A stretch of 64,000 bases of DNA from an uncultured virus (IMG/VR IMGVR_UViG_3300046524_000185) (lineage: Duplodnaviria; Heunggongvirae; Uroviricota; Caudoviricetes): IMG/VR virus record IMGVR_UViG_3300046524_000185; one strand, 5' to 3'. This document shows positions 9,342 through 18,625 of this stretch, one piece after another. The notes beneath the pieces are model-generated. The model made no database searches. It was not told the DNA's origin and saw only the letters and a list, made by a program, of their open reading frames with translations. Both the position numbers and the translations under genes were made by a program. How positions within the stretch are numbered: position 1 is the stretch's first letter; each line of letters begins with the position of its first letter.

Positions 9342-9715
9342 ACAGCGTAATCCCAAATGAAGTAGCCCATGTAGATCGGTCCCCAGGTGCCCGCGTAGAG
9401 TTCCAGCCGATCGTTGAAAACTTGTGCAACCCCGTTCAATCCCAGGGTCAAATCGTTGAACTGCAAATACATCCATTGATAACCCAACTCGGCCGAGTTG
9501 AAGTTGTACGGGACGGTTACCTGGGGGATTCGAGAGAAGGTCTTGCCAAAAGGGATGACGGTCGTCCCGGTGACGTAGACCTTGCCCGAGATGAGCAGCG
9601 TCATTGCTGACCAATCAGACGAGAAGTTCAGGTTTACATTTGCAGCACTCAGCACGTCCATGCCTGGACGTGATACCTTCAAACCCTCATTGCTGAGCAG
9701 CACACGATTAGGCAA
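9338..9715 (-). CDS. Minor tail-tip protein, paralog 3
   Basis: Probable TTG start giving MPNRVLLSNEGLKVSRPGMDV, the same N-terminal motif as the two upstream genes. Confidence 0.55.
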   Translation of the reverse strand: MPNRVLLSNEGLKVSRPGMDVLSAANVNLNFSSDWSAMTLLISGKVYVTGTTVIPFGKTFSRIPQVTVPYNFNSAELGYQWMYLQFNDLTLGLNGVAQVFNDRLELYAGTWGPIYMGYFIWDYAV

Positions 9716-10109
9716 CGGCGGGCAAGCTCCAAACTCGATAGCGGATATATCTCTGGGCCGCACTGCCTGCGGGGGTGAAGCGATTGCCCAGGCTTCCATC
9801 ACCACCGTTAGGTGATTGGATGAAATAGATTTGAGTCCAACTCAGATACTGGCAAACAACCTCGTACCAACCGACGCTCTCGAACTCGACGACGGGCTTG
9901 AAGCCAAGGTTCGGAATGTTCACGACGGTTGGTGTGAAGCCACCGGCGGTTTGAGGAATGACCCCACTCTGGACCACCTGCACCATCTTGGTGTCGACCC
10001 GAAGCAGAAAGTCGCTGTCCAGTGTGGCGGTCTGAACTTCCTTGCCAGGTTTGGTGATCCACAATCCATATTCAGTGCCCCGCTTACCGAGGAGGACGCG
10101 ACCTACCAT
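9708..10109 (-). CDS. Minor tail-tip protein, paralog 2
   Basis: MVGRVLLG..GLWITKPGKEV; TAATG coupling to the upstream gene. Confidence 0.6.
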   Translation of the reverse strand: MVGRVLLGKRGTEYGLWITKPGKEVQTATLDSDFLLRVDTKMVQVVQSGVIPQTAGGFTPTVVNIPNLGFKPVVEFESVGWYEVVCQYLSWTQIYFIQSPNGGDGSLGNRFTPAGSAAQRYIRYRVWSLPAVA

Positions 10110-10558
10110 TACGGTTTCACAATCCAGTAGTCGAACCATCCGTACGTGCGGGTGACTCGATCAGGAGGATACCAGGCGGCTGTGGCACCAAATCCCAAGG
10201 TCTTGCCTGTGGCGTCATAGCCTCCAGAAGAGAAGAGGCCACCGATCTGGGCCTGACCGATTATATCGTTGCTGAAGTTGCAACGTGGCGCGACAACCAT
10301 GGTGGGGAGCTCGTTCGCATCCCAGCTGCCGCCTAGATAGATTGGTGAGGCCCCGAACCAGGACCATCCGACCATGTCGGCCCATTCCAGGAGACCTTGG
10401 ACAGTTCCCTGGGAAAGGACACGCATGGCGGTGAAGTAACGGCTATCGAAGGCCAGCTGCTCCTTGGTCAGGGCAGGATCGAGAACATTGTAACCTGGCT
10501 TGGAGGCTCTTAGGACATATGTGCCTTCGAAGGCGCCGAGGATAATTCTGTTGGTCAT
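10109..10558 (-). CDS. Minor tail-tip protein, paralog 1
   Basis: MTNRIILG..VLRASKPGYNV; directly follows the J-like gene. Confidence 0.6.
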   Translation of the reverse strand: MTNRIILGAFEGTYVLRASKPGYNVLDPALTKEQLAFDSRYFTAMRVLSQGTVQGLLEWADMVGWSWFGASPIYLGGSWDANELPTMVVAPRCNFSNDIIGQAQIGGLFSSGGYDATGKTLGFGATAAWYPPDRVTRTYGWFDYWIVKP

Positions 10559-13500
10559 TAGTCCGCGATTAGAATCCTGGTGTTGTCGAGCTCGATCCGC
10601 ATCTTGTTGTTTGCCGATCGAGCCACGCCCGCGGTCAAATCACCCATGTTTGCGGTGACGGTCGATAGTGAAGACACACTTAGTTTCGCAGCGGTGACAG
10701 ATCCAGCCGCGAGCTCCTCTGCAGTGACGCTTCCTGCATCAAGATGATTCGTTTTGATGGCGTTGTCCGAGATCTCCGTCGCGCCGAGAGCCAGTGGAGT
10801 GCCGAAGACTTCGGTGACTGTGAAGATCGAGCGGTTGCCAGACTTGTCGACGGCTCGAGCCCAGACCCAATACTTGACGCCAGCCAGCAGGCCGACGATC
10901 ACACCACGGGTGCCTGAAGCATTGCCGCCGAACGTGGACGTCGTCACGTCGTTGACCGTATTGGTGAACAGCTCAATGTACGAGATATCGGAGTCGGACG
11001 GATTCACCCAGTTGGCGACCAGGATCTTGAAGCCAGGTGCGACCGACAGGCTTGTCGGAGGTTCCGGCGGAATCTCGTCACCCACGCCACCGCTCGGAAG
11101 CGGGATCTCGAGCATCATCTGGTTGCCGAAGTTGAGATCGGAATCGTCCTCGAACAAGTCGTAGAACGCCAGCTTGAAGTACCAGGTGTTGTCGGCCTCG
11201 AGCGGGATCGCGACGTTGTTGTTCGGTCCCTTGTAGACGAGGTTGCTGTCATCTGGCGTGAAGCTGTCCGTCAATGAGGCATGGACCACGACGCCGCGGA
11301 AGTCGCGGATCGGCGGCACGTCATAATGGACGACGGCAGCTTCGTAGAGAACCTCGACGCTCTGGGTGGCAGGAGCTGCCGGTGCATCGTTCTTGACGGC
11401 CAGTGTGACGAAGTCGGACCTGAACCCGAACTGGTCCTCGGTCGCGATGGCGATCTTGAAGGCACGACGAGGCGTTCCACCGCCGTCGTTCATATTGACC
11501 GTGTACTCGTAGGTGTACCACGTGCGGTCGAGGATTTCCTCGCGGATCACGAGATCGCTCAGATCGCGGATCTGCATGATGTACTGCTTGAAATAGTCGT
11601 CCTTCGATGCACCCCATTGGAAGAGCGGCGAACGGCTTTCGAAGTCCGTCTCGGTCGGCTCGTCGATCATCCGGAGACCGGCGATCCCGTCTACCACGCG
11701 GGTGTCGCCAATCAGGCGGTGCTCGATAATGGCCGCTGCAGAAGCGTAGCCGTTCACGTCGACAGCCGTCACCTCGAAATAATATTCGCCGGCCGGAATG
11801 TCGTCCCACTCAAACTGGGGGACCGGGACTTCGCCAAGCAGCGCGATTGGGCCGTTGTCTCGCGAGCCAGAGATCTTGTATTTGGTGACGGTCTTCGTCG
11901 GGCTCGGGTTCCAGGCCAGGGTGAGTGTCGTGACCTTGCGGGCGCCAACGGAGCGGCTGGTCGCCCTCACCTTCAGATCCGTGATAGGTTCGGGCTTCTT
12001 CTTCTGATCTAGGACGTACTTATCCAGGTCATCGATCGAACCAATGTAGCCGTCGACGTAGAGCCACTTGGCTCGGTTCATCTGCATGGCCTGGATTTCG
12101 ACGTTGTCCGGATCGCCGTCCACTTCCGTGATCGACATGACGCGGAACGCGAGCGGTGCCACATCACCATTCATCTGGGAGATGGTGAAGACGGCGTCGT
12201 CCGGAAGATCCGGCAAGTCCACAGTGGTCGTCAGAGCGGTCACAGCGCCCGTGACATTGGTCAGCTCGCGGCTGTCCATCACGAAGTCGCCAGTCGCCTC
12301 GCTGATCCGCTGGAAGCCCACCTGGTAGGAGTAGCCAGGTTCGAGGAAGAGTGGGTCGCGGAGATTGATCGTCCGCTTGCCGGTCACACTCTTCACACGT
12401 CCGCTGAGGCCAGCTTCCATGTCCTCATCCGCGACGGTGATAACATCATACGGCGTGAGATAGAGACCCATGCGGTTGGTCTTGAAGTTGACCATCATGG
12501 TCTCGGTCGTGCCGGTGATCAGATGATACCGAGCGCGGCGGATCGCTTCTTCTTCGTCGGTGCAGGCGATCGCTTCGAAGTTGAACGGGATGCGACCGTA
12601 CTTATTAATATGGTCCTGGTCGTAGACACGACGGCGGTCGTCCTGCCAGCCCAGGTTCTCATTCGTGAACGTGACCGTCAGATCGTTGTGGCGGGTCGAG
12701 ATCTCGGTGAACGAGTACGTGAAAAGTCCGTCGACAACGTTCTCAGGCGTGAAGGCCACGGCGGGATTGAGATCGCGGTCAATCTTGATGACGCCCTGAC
12801 CATTGCCGTCGTCAAAGAAACGGCCGGCGAAGATGCCGCAAATGTAATTGATGGTGTCGCGGCCACCCTTCGGGTCCGAGATCAAACCGTTGAAGGTGAA
12901 GCGGGGTTTCCCAGACGCCGTTCGCGTGTCGCACCAGACGCCAGCGTCATAGACATCCCACTTGTCGATCACGATCGGGTAGTAGGCATTCATGCCATAC
13001 CGGTCGTTCAGCACAACATCGTTGGCGACGAAGGCTGGGTTGTTCGTGTAGGCGAGCTTCCAGGTGCCGTCCCAGACCCCGGTGTAGACACGGGTCGTCG
13101 AGTTGTAGTTGGACGGAACACGAACGATGCGGCCGAGGTAAATGCCTGAGAAATCCGGGATCGACGAGAACTGCTCGCTCGCTCGAGCGATCACCTGGGT
13201 GCAGGCGAGACCCGGGAACTTGTAGTTCTTCGCGGTCACCTCCTGGAACGACTCCCAGGTGATGCTGAAGAAGTTCTCCGTCGTATCGATCGGAGAGGTC
13301 TTGGTGACGCGGAACATGTAGGGCTCGTTGGCCCGAGCGACCGGGATGCGGAGCTCTTTCGGGAACGGTTGAGTGGTCTTCGCGGTGATCGCGATTTCAC
13401 CATTCGTCAGGACGACGTCACCGCCGGTCCCGTTCTCACCGAAGGTACCAGGACGGAGCGAGGATCCCGCCTGGATCCAGCTCGAGCCGTTGAAGAAGTA

Positions 13501-14364
13501 TGGACGCTGGGCGCCCGTGTGCAGCCAGTAGTCGCCTTGCTCAGGAGCGAAGCCGAGTTGCGGGCCGACGAATGCTCTGGTGGCCCGATCGCCTCCCCAT
13601 GAGGAAGCCTCGGACCAGGTCCAGCGATTGCTCGCGAAGTAGAGACCGGCTGGGAAATACCAGTTATATCCGTCCCAGATCTTTGGCTTATAGTTGTTCG
13701 AGGTGTCGAACCAGATGCCAGCGTTGGCCGTCGTGATCGGCTGCGATGGTGCCCAGTAAGTCGGCCGATCACCTGGAGAGGCGTTGATCTTTGCCGGTGT
13801 TCCACCAGTCCCATAATAGATGTCGAAGCTGTCGCCAGAGATTTGCGGCGGGAGTGGATTGACGCTCGGCGTCCGGACGGGTTCCCAATACTGGCCACTG
13901 ACGAGTTTGTGTTCGATGCGCCAGCGGCCGGTGTGATTAAAGGTGCCCTTGTCGTTCTGCGTCACCAGCTGGTTGATGACGAAGCGCAAATCAATGTAGT
14001 CGATGTCCGTATGGGTGCCCTGCCGGATGATAGCGACGTTGGGTGCCATCTCGGTGTTGACCGTGGTGGACGCGCCGAAGCCACCAAGACGGGAGTAGAT
14101 CTCCTCCCCCTGCTCGCTTCCTTTGTAGTCGACGAGCTCGAAGTTTTCGAAGTTGTTGGAGCCGCTGTCGTCCTGGAGTTGGGTCTCACCGACCAGGTAG
14201 GATTTGGCGCCGTTCTCCAGACCTTTGATTGGGCCTTCGCTGATGCCCAAAAGTGCTTCGACCACATCGGTCGCGAAAAGGGAGTCGGCTGTCTGTTTAG
14301 GACTGGAACTAGATCCTCCCTTCGAACCGCTAAGTTTCCGAAGGGAGATATCTTGAATTGTCAT
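10558..14364 (-). CDS. Tail tip / host specificity protein (lambda gpJ-like) with FN3 domains
   Basis: 1268 aa; ISEGPIKGL, YTGVWDGTWK.AYTNNPA, PRFTFNG motifs; FN3-like WARAVDKSGNRS. Confidence 0.9.
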   Translation of the reverse strand: MTIQDISLRKLSGSKGGSSSSPKQTADSLFATDVVEALLGISEGPIKGLENGAKSYLVGETQLQDDSGSNNFENFELVDYKGSEQGEEIYSRLGGFGASTTVNTEMAPNVAIIRQGTHTDIDYIDLRFVINQLVTQNDKGTFNHTGRWRIEHKLVSGQYWEPVRTPSVNPLPPQISGDSFDIYYGTGGTPAKINASPGDRPTYWAPSQPITTANAGIWFDTSNNYKPKIWDGYNWYFPAGLYFASNRWTWSEASSWGGDRATRAFVGPQLGFAPEQGDYWLHTGAQRPYFFNGSSWIQAGSSLRPGTFGENGTGGDVVLTNGEIAITAKTTQPFPKELRIPVARANEPYMFRVTKTSPIDTTENFFSITWESFQEVTAKNYKFPGLACTQVIARASEQFSSIPDFSGIYLGRIVRVPSNYNSTTRVYTGVWDGTWKLAYTNNPAFVANDVVLNDRYGMNAYYPIVIDKWDVYDAGVWCDTRTASGKPRFTFNGLISDPKGGRDTINYICGIFAGRFFDDGNGQGVIKIDRDLNPAVAFTPENVVDGLFTYSFTEISTRHNDLTVTFTNENLGWQDDRRRVYDQDHINKYGRIPFNFEAIACTDEEEAIRRARYHLITGTTETMMVNFKTNRMGLYLTPYDVITVADEDMEAGLSGRVKSVTGKRTINLRDPLFLEPGYSYQVGFQRISEATGDFVMDSRELTNVTGAVTALTTTVDLPDLPDDAVFTISQMNGDVAPLAFRVMSITEVDGDPDNVEIQAMQMNRAKWLYVDGYIGSIDDLDKYVLDQKKKPEPITDLKVRATSRSVGARKVTTLTLAWNPSPTKTVTKYKISGSRDNGPIALLGEVPVPQFEWDDIPAGEYYFEVTAVDVNGYASAAAIIEHRLIGDTRVVDGIAGLRMIDEPTETDFESRSPLFQWGASKDDYFKQYIMQIRDLSDLVIREEILDRTWYTYEYTVNMNDGGGTPRRAFKIAIATEDQFGFRSDFVTLAVKNDAPAAPATQSVEVLYEAAVVHYDVPPIRDFRGVVVHASLTDSFTPDDSNLVYKGPNNNVAIPLEADNTWYFKLAFYDLFEDDSDLNFGNQMMLEIPLPSGGVGDEIPPEPPTSLSVAPGFKILVANWVNPSDSDISYIELFTNTVNDVTTSTFGGNASGTRGVIVGLLAGVKYWVWARAVDKSGNRSIFTVTEVFGTPLALGATEISDNAIKTNHLDAGSVTAEELAAGSVTAAKLSVSSLSTVTANMGDLTAGVARSANNKMRIELDNTRILIAD

Positions 14365-14405
14365 AGACTTATCCGGCGTTTCTTATGTACCGGTTTAAGT
14401 GGGGA

Positions 14406-15443
14406 TTAATGAGCTGTTTTTCCAGAGCGCCAGCGGTTCTGCATCCACTTCAGACGCTCGGCTGCTTCACCAGGATCAAACTCGAAACGGATGAAGTTCA
14501 TCTCGCTCGTCGCGTAGGGATCGATGAGTGCCACAGGGCAATTGTAGAGATCCTTGGCGTCGAGGTTCAGCTCCTCGGCGTAGCGGTCAATCTTCTTGTA
14601 CGAGGCGACCTGGAGAGCGTGCCAGATCTGCGAGGATGATGGACGCATGCCATGGGCATAACCCGAGGTGTGGATGTGGCCGGCGACGTAGATGTCGTGG
14701 TGATCGCCGTCGAGCTGAGCTGCCTTCGCAGCACCATAGGACTCCGACCACATGGACTTACCGCGGAACCCGTGGACCGAATAGATCTTCACGTCACGTC
14801 CGTTGGGCAGCTGCAGCTGCAGACGAACCTTGTTCGACTTGTGGACCAGAGCGTTGTTCGCGAGGATGTGCTTCAGGATGTCGCCACCCTGCCCCCACAG
14901 ATCGTGGTTGCCGTCCGTGTAATAGAGCCAGTCGATCTTCTGGAGAACGTACTCGACCAGTGCCAGGGCTTCGTCCGCCGAGGTGCTCTGTTCCGAGTAG
15001 AGACGAGCCAGACGGCCAGCCCAGTTGTTGAAGACGTCACCGACGTTGGCCGCATATAGACCTTCATTCCGGCCGTCGAAGAGATTGACGTGCTCGAGCA
15101 CCTGGGCCAGGTCTGTGCCATCGTCGTCCAGGTGCATGTCACCGAAGAAGCCAATGCCGATTGGGCCGTCGCGCTTGACGCGAACCGGGATGATTTTCTC
15201 CCGCTCGAATTTCTCCCGCTTCTGAGCGAACTGGTTGATGCGGCGCTCGACCAGGGCTTCGATGTCGATCGAGGGTTTTGGCTCGTCGACAAGCTCGAAG
15301 TCGCTGTCGTCCCAGCGTTTCTTCATCCCACGGATGCCAGACTCGGAGATGTCGTAGCCCTGCTCCCGCAGATAGCGAGCGGCGGGTCTGAAGCCCCCCG
15401 TCATGCCAACTGCCTGCTTGATGAGGTCTTCAGATGGACGCAT
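14406..15443 (-). CDS. Calcineurin-like metallophosphoesterase with possible N-terminal HTH
   Basis: GDMH, GDVFN, GNHD, HG and GHIH motifs in canonical order. Confidence 0.85.
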   Translation of the reverse strand: MRPSEDLIKQAVGMTGGFRPAARYLREQGYDISESGIRGMKKRWDDSDFELVDEPKPSIDIEALVERRINQFAQKREKFEREKIIPVRVKRDGPIGIGFFGDMHLDDDGTDLAQVLEHVNLFDGRNEGLYAANVGDVFNNWAGRLARLYSEQSTSADEALALVEYVLQKIDWLYYTDGNHDLWGQGGDILKHILANNALVHKSNKVRLQLQLPNGRDVKIYSVHGFRGKSMWSESYGAAKAAQLDGDHHDIYVAGHIHTSGYAHGMRPSSSQIWHALQVASYKKIDRYAEELNLDAKDLYNCPVALIDPYATSEMNFIRFEFDPGEAAERLKWMQNRWRSGKTAH

Positions 15444-15451
15444 TAGAGATC

Positions 15452-16021
15452 CTATGGTTTGTACTCGATCGCGTTGATATCGAACGACAGGAAGTGTCCG
15501 TAGACGCGGCGCCTGCCGTAGAGGATTGGGATGCGGGTACCGATCGCCACCGTGTTCTTCGGCGTGCCGAGATAGCCGCTCTTTCGCGTGCTATCCCCTT
15601 GCGTGTCGGTCTCAGGCTTCGGGGCCAGGAGTGCTGTCAGGCCTCCGAGTAGGGCCAAGGCACCAACCTTGATCAGAAGCGAGCCGACGAGCGAGCCAGC
15701 GCCCAGCATAAGGCCGACGCCGACAAGTACAACGCCGAGGAGGATCTGAAGCAGACCACCCTTCTTGCCACCGCTCAGCTGCGGGACGATATGGATGAAT
15801 TCGACGTCGGGCTCGATCGGCGTGTGGAGGGACTCCTCCGTATCAAAGCCGACAATCTTGATGCGATGGCGACCACGAACGGGGTCAGGCTGGAAGCCTT
15901 TGACCTGGCGTGTGACACCTTCGATGATGTCCGCGACGGTGTGACCCACCATCTCAATCGGGCCATCATGAAAGGCAGCGAAATAGCCGTGGAGAATGAC
16001 CTTAATCCGCAACGAGAACAT
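15452..16021 (-). CDS. Tail assembly protein I (lambda gpI-like)
   Basis: IHIVPQLSGGK, Gly-rich hydrophobic stretch, NTVAIGTRIPILYGR. True start may be TTG at 16012. Confidence 0.85.
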   Translation of the reverse strand: MFSLRIKVILHGYFAAFHDGPIEMVGHTVADIIEGVTRQVKGFQPDPVRGRHRIKIVGFDTEESLHTPIEPDVEFIHIVPQLSGGKKGGLLQILLGVVLVGVGLMLGAGSLVGSLLIKVGALALLGGLTALLAPKPETDTQGDSTRKSGYLGTPKNTVAIGTRIPILYGRRRVYGHFLSFDINAIEYKP

Positions 16022-16322
16022 CTCCGTCCGCGACCACGTACTTCGTCACACCATCATTGCCGATGATGTAGTGCTCGAGCTCGGGCCAGTTGATGAACGA
16101 ATGGAAGTCGCCGGCAGATAGGTTCGAGTCCTCGCCAGGGTGGGTGTGCCAGCTGGCGGCTGCGACCGGCGTGTAAAGGACGAGATCCTCACCCCGGAAA
16201 TCGAAGCCCTCAGTTGGCTGCTCGCAGATGTTCTCGCACTCGACGATCTCGCCTGTCTTCAGGATGAAACCACAGCGTTCCTTGTCGCCCTCATACAAGT
16301 GGAGAAGTTCGGAGGAAGTCAT
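16002..16322 (-). CDS. JAB/MPN-domain protein (gpK N-terminal half)
   Basis: ERCG..WHTHP..S.GD JAMM motif. Confidence 0.85.
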   Translation of the reverse strand: MTSSELLHLYEGDKERCGFILKTGEIVECENICEQPTEGFDFRGEDLVLYTPVAAASWHTHPGEDSNLSAGDFHSFINWPELEHYIIGNDGVTKYVVADGDVLVAD

Positions 16323-16779
16323 CGAGTTTCCTTTTGACGCTCGGGCTAACAATATCGAGGAGGTTCACAGAGCTCTCGGTCTGCTCGAGTTTGACGTCCT
16401 TGTGACGGAGGACGGCGAGAGTGGTGTTGCGAAGCAGAGCCCGATACGACTCCACGGTCGACAGCCGGCCCCAGAGATGATGAAGCACCTGGCCGTTCTC
16501 GACGAACACACCCACGTGGTTGGCTACGGGAGAGTCGATGCCACAGAGGATCACGTCACCTGGTTGGTATTCGGATGGGTGGCAGTCGAGCAAATAGAAG
16601 CCGCACTTGCGATAGCGGTTCATGTAGAGGTCGAGATCGTTGTTCCAGAAATCCTTCGGGCCAGCGTAGTTGGGTAGCTGAATGCCGAAGTTGTCAGCGT
16701 AGAAGCCGCGGATCAGGTGGTAGCAGTTCTGGTTCTTGTAGCTGAACGGTCGGTGCAGCAGGTGCTCATATTTCAACAT
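16291..16779 (-). CDS. NlpC/P60-domain protein (gpK C-terminal half)
   Basis: NCY, PGDVIL, NHVGVF, LHH motifs. Confidence 0.85.
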   Translation of the reverse strand: MLKYEHLLHRPFSYKNQNCYHLIRGFYADNFGIQLPNYAGPKDFWNNDLDLYMNRYRKCGFYLLDCHPSEYQPGDVILCGIDSPVANHVGVFVENGQVLHHLWGRLSTVESYRALLRNTTLAVLRHKDVKLEQTESSVNLLDIVSPSVKRKLDDFLRTSPLV

Positions 16780-17270
16780 TAGAGCGACACCATCGGGAAC
16801 TCAGGCGGGATGAACATGCGGCACGGAATCTGGAAGTTCGCGCCTTCGGTCATGTTGCGGAGCTCGAGCGAGATGCTCTGTCCGGAGATGAGCTCGCGGA
16901 TGCGGCCGACGTACCACATGCGTTGCTCGAATTTGTTCACATCCTTCTCGACATGATCGCGGAGGACGCGACGACGGATCACGGTGGCCTGGTCGAGCTG
17001 GCCCTTGATCGCGGCCGAGTTAAAGATCCCGAACGGGTTCATGACCTGGAGAATTGGCCGGCTTTCCTCGCCGTCCGCCGATCGAGTGTCGCCGGTCATG
17101 CGTGTGGCCATGCCTTCGTAAAGCTGTCCCTGCCACGTGGTGGTGTTGTCGGTCTTGAAGCGGAAGATGACCGGTTGGTTCTTCAGGATGATCGTGTAGA
17201 GATCGACCAGCGCGTCGGCTGTGAGTTTCTGTGCTTCTTGTTTGTGCTCAAGAGGCGCAGTCGACGTCAT
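16779..17270 (-). CDS. Minor tail protein L-like
   Basis: TWQGQLY, RPIL, ATVIRRR motifs; lies between M-like and K-like genes. Confidence 0.7.
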   Translation of the reverse strand: MTSTAPLEHKQEAQKLTADALVDLYTIILKNQPVIFRFKTDNTTTWQGQLYEGMATRMTGDTRSADGEESRPILQVMNPFGIFNSAAIKGQLDQATVIRRRVLRDHVEKDVNKFEQRMWYVGRIRELISGQSISLELRNMTEGANFQIPCRMFIPPEFPMVSL

Positions 17271-17647
17271 GGCTGGGTCGTGACCTCCATCTCGAAGGAT
17301 TCGACAGTACCTTGACCGTCCTCAGCGACACGGTATTTCAGCGGCTTGCTGAAGCGAACGGTCAAAAGCCCCTTCCCCGGCAAAGGCAGAATGAACTTCT
17401 CGAACAGCTTGTGCTTCAGGTAGAACTCTTCCAGACGAGCGATGTTGATCTTGGGCATGATACCCGTGAGGACACGGCCAGTCTCGTCCGTGTAAAACTT
17501 CATCGTCTTGTAGTGGAGCGTGTACTTTACCTGATCAGGTCCGCGAGGTCTGGCTGCAAATTCATAGCCTCGCCCGAGCTGCACCTTTGGAGAGGACTCT
17601 GGGTATTCCGTTGTCCAGGTGAAGTACGGGAAATCATACGTTTCCAT
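17267..17647 (-). CDS. Minor tail protein M-like (distal tail)
   Basis: VQLGRGYE, LEEFYLKH..F motifs; start METYDF; position after the tape measure gene. Confidence 0.65.
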   Translation of the reverse strand: METYDFPYFTWTTEYPESSPKVQLGRGYEFAARPRGPDQVKYTLHYKTMKFYTDETGRVLTGIMPKINIARLEEFYLKHKLFEKFILPLPGKGLLTVRFSKPLKYRVAEDGQGTVESFEMEVTTQP

Positions 17648-18315
17648 GCGGGTTGATATGGGTTTGATTCCCTTGCAATACAAGGGTTTGCGGTCGCTGC
17701 GCTCTTAGTAGATAAACCTTGAGTATTCGTGGTGCTTTCTTTTTTCCACCCTATCCTCCGCGACAACCAGCCGAGCCACTTCGGGCACAGAAGCCTGATC
17801 AGGTTGAAGTCGTTCTTCTCGCCCTTCCGCTTCTGAATCTTTCGCTCGATCAGCCGCATATCGTGGGCTTTCCGGATCGTCTTCTGAACCATGGATCTCG
17901 AGACAGCCGCACGGGCAGCGATGGCGTCGACGGCGCAACGAATGACAGAGCACTCACCAGCCAGCTTCGCCAATGTTGTGAGGACCGCCTGCTCAGACAT
18001 GGTGAACTGGGTAGCGATCTCCGGAGGAAGAAATCCCGCTGCAACCAGTCCACGACGGCGGGCAATCGACGCCTCCCTCTTCCGGGGCTGTGGCTTCTTC
18101 CGCTCGATCTCGGTGAACACCGTGATGATCCGTTGGTGGATCAGAGTCTGGCGTAGTTTCAGGGCCGCGTCGAGCTGGTGAGCTCGCCGGTCGCTGAGCT
18201 CGCCTTTGTGGTGCTGATCCCAAAGGATCCTCGAGAGATTGGTGCAGACCTGAAGTTTTGTGGCTTTGGAAATAGCACGTTTGAGTTGCAGAGCAACCAA
18301 TAGGTTTCCCGTCAA
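17527..18315 (-). CDS. HTH protein, putative plasmid replication initiator
   Basis: HTH-like DAIAARAAVSRSMVQKTIRKA..LI plus wing RKGEKNDFNLIR; very basic; GAGGT SD before a TTG start; ctRNA-like unit in its leader. Confidence 0.6.
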   Translation of the reverse strand: MTGNLLVALQLKRAISKATKLQVCTNLSRILWDQHHKGELSDRRAHQLDAALKLRQTLIHQRIITVFTEIERKKPQPRKREASIARRRGLVAAGFLPPEIATQFTMSEQAVLTTLAKLAGECSVIRCAVDAIAARAAVSRSMVQKTIRKAHDMRLIERKIQKRKGEKNDFNLIRLLCPKWLGWLSRRIGWKKESTTNTQGLSTKSAATANPCIARESNPYQPAWKRMISRTSPGQRNTQSPLQRCSSGEAMNLQPDLADLIR

Positions 18316-18369
18316 AGCTGTACCTCACTTAGGTATAAGATATCGTTCGAGAAATCGGCAAATTTCCCG

Positions 18370-18472
18370 TTGACACCTGATTCGTTTTATGAGAGCTTTG
18401 ACCTTGTGAAGGGGCTTCAAGAGCTCTCTGAAGGTTTGAACAAGCACTGGGCGGCAACCCGGTGCTTTTTCG
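18370..18472 (+). ncRNA. Putative counter-transcribed antisense RNA (ctRNA) with its promoter and terminator
   Basis: TTGACA-cct-GATTCG promoter resembling repABC ctRNA promoters; terminator AAGCACTGGG-CGGCAA-CCCGGTGCTTTTT; antisense to the Rep-like gene leader. Confidence 0.62.
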
Positions 18473-18625
18473 TTTGTGGGTAAATTACGTCAAGACTCAC
18501 GTCCCCCGTTGCAAATCAGTGATATTGTGGCCTAGTGGTTGAGTCGTGCCAACCCCTGAGCAGAAAACGCGCAGGGGTCCACAGATTAGAATTGTCGATA
18601 GATCGTTAAGGTGCTGTTAAGGGTT

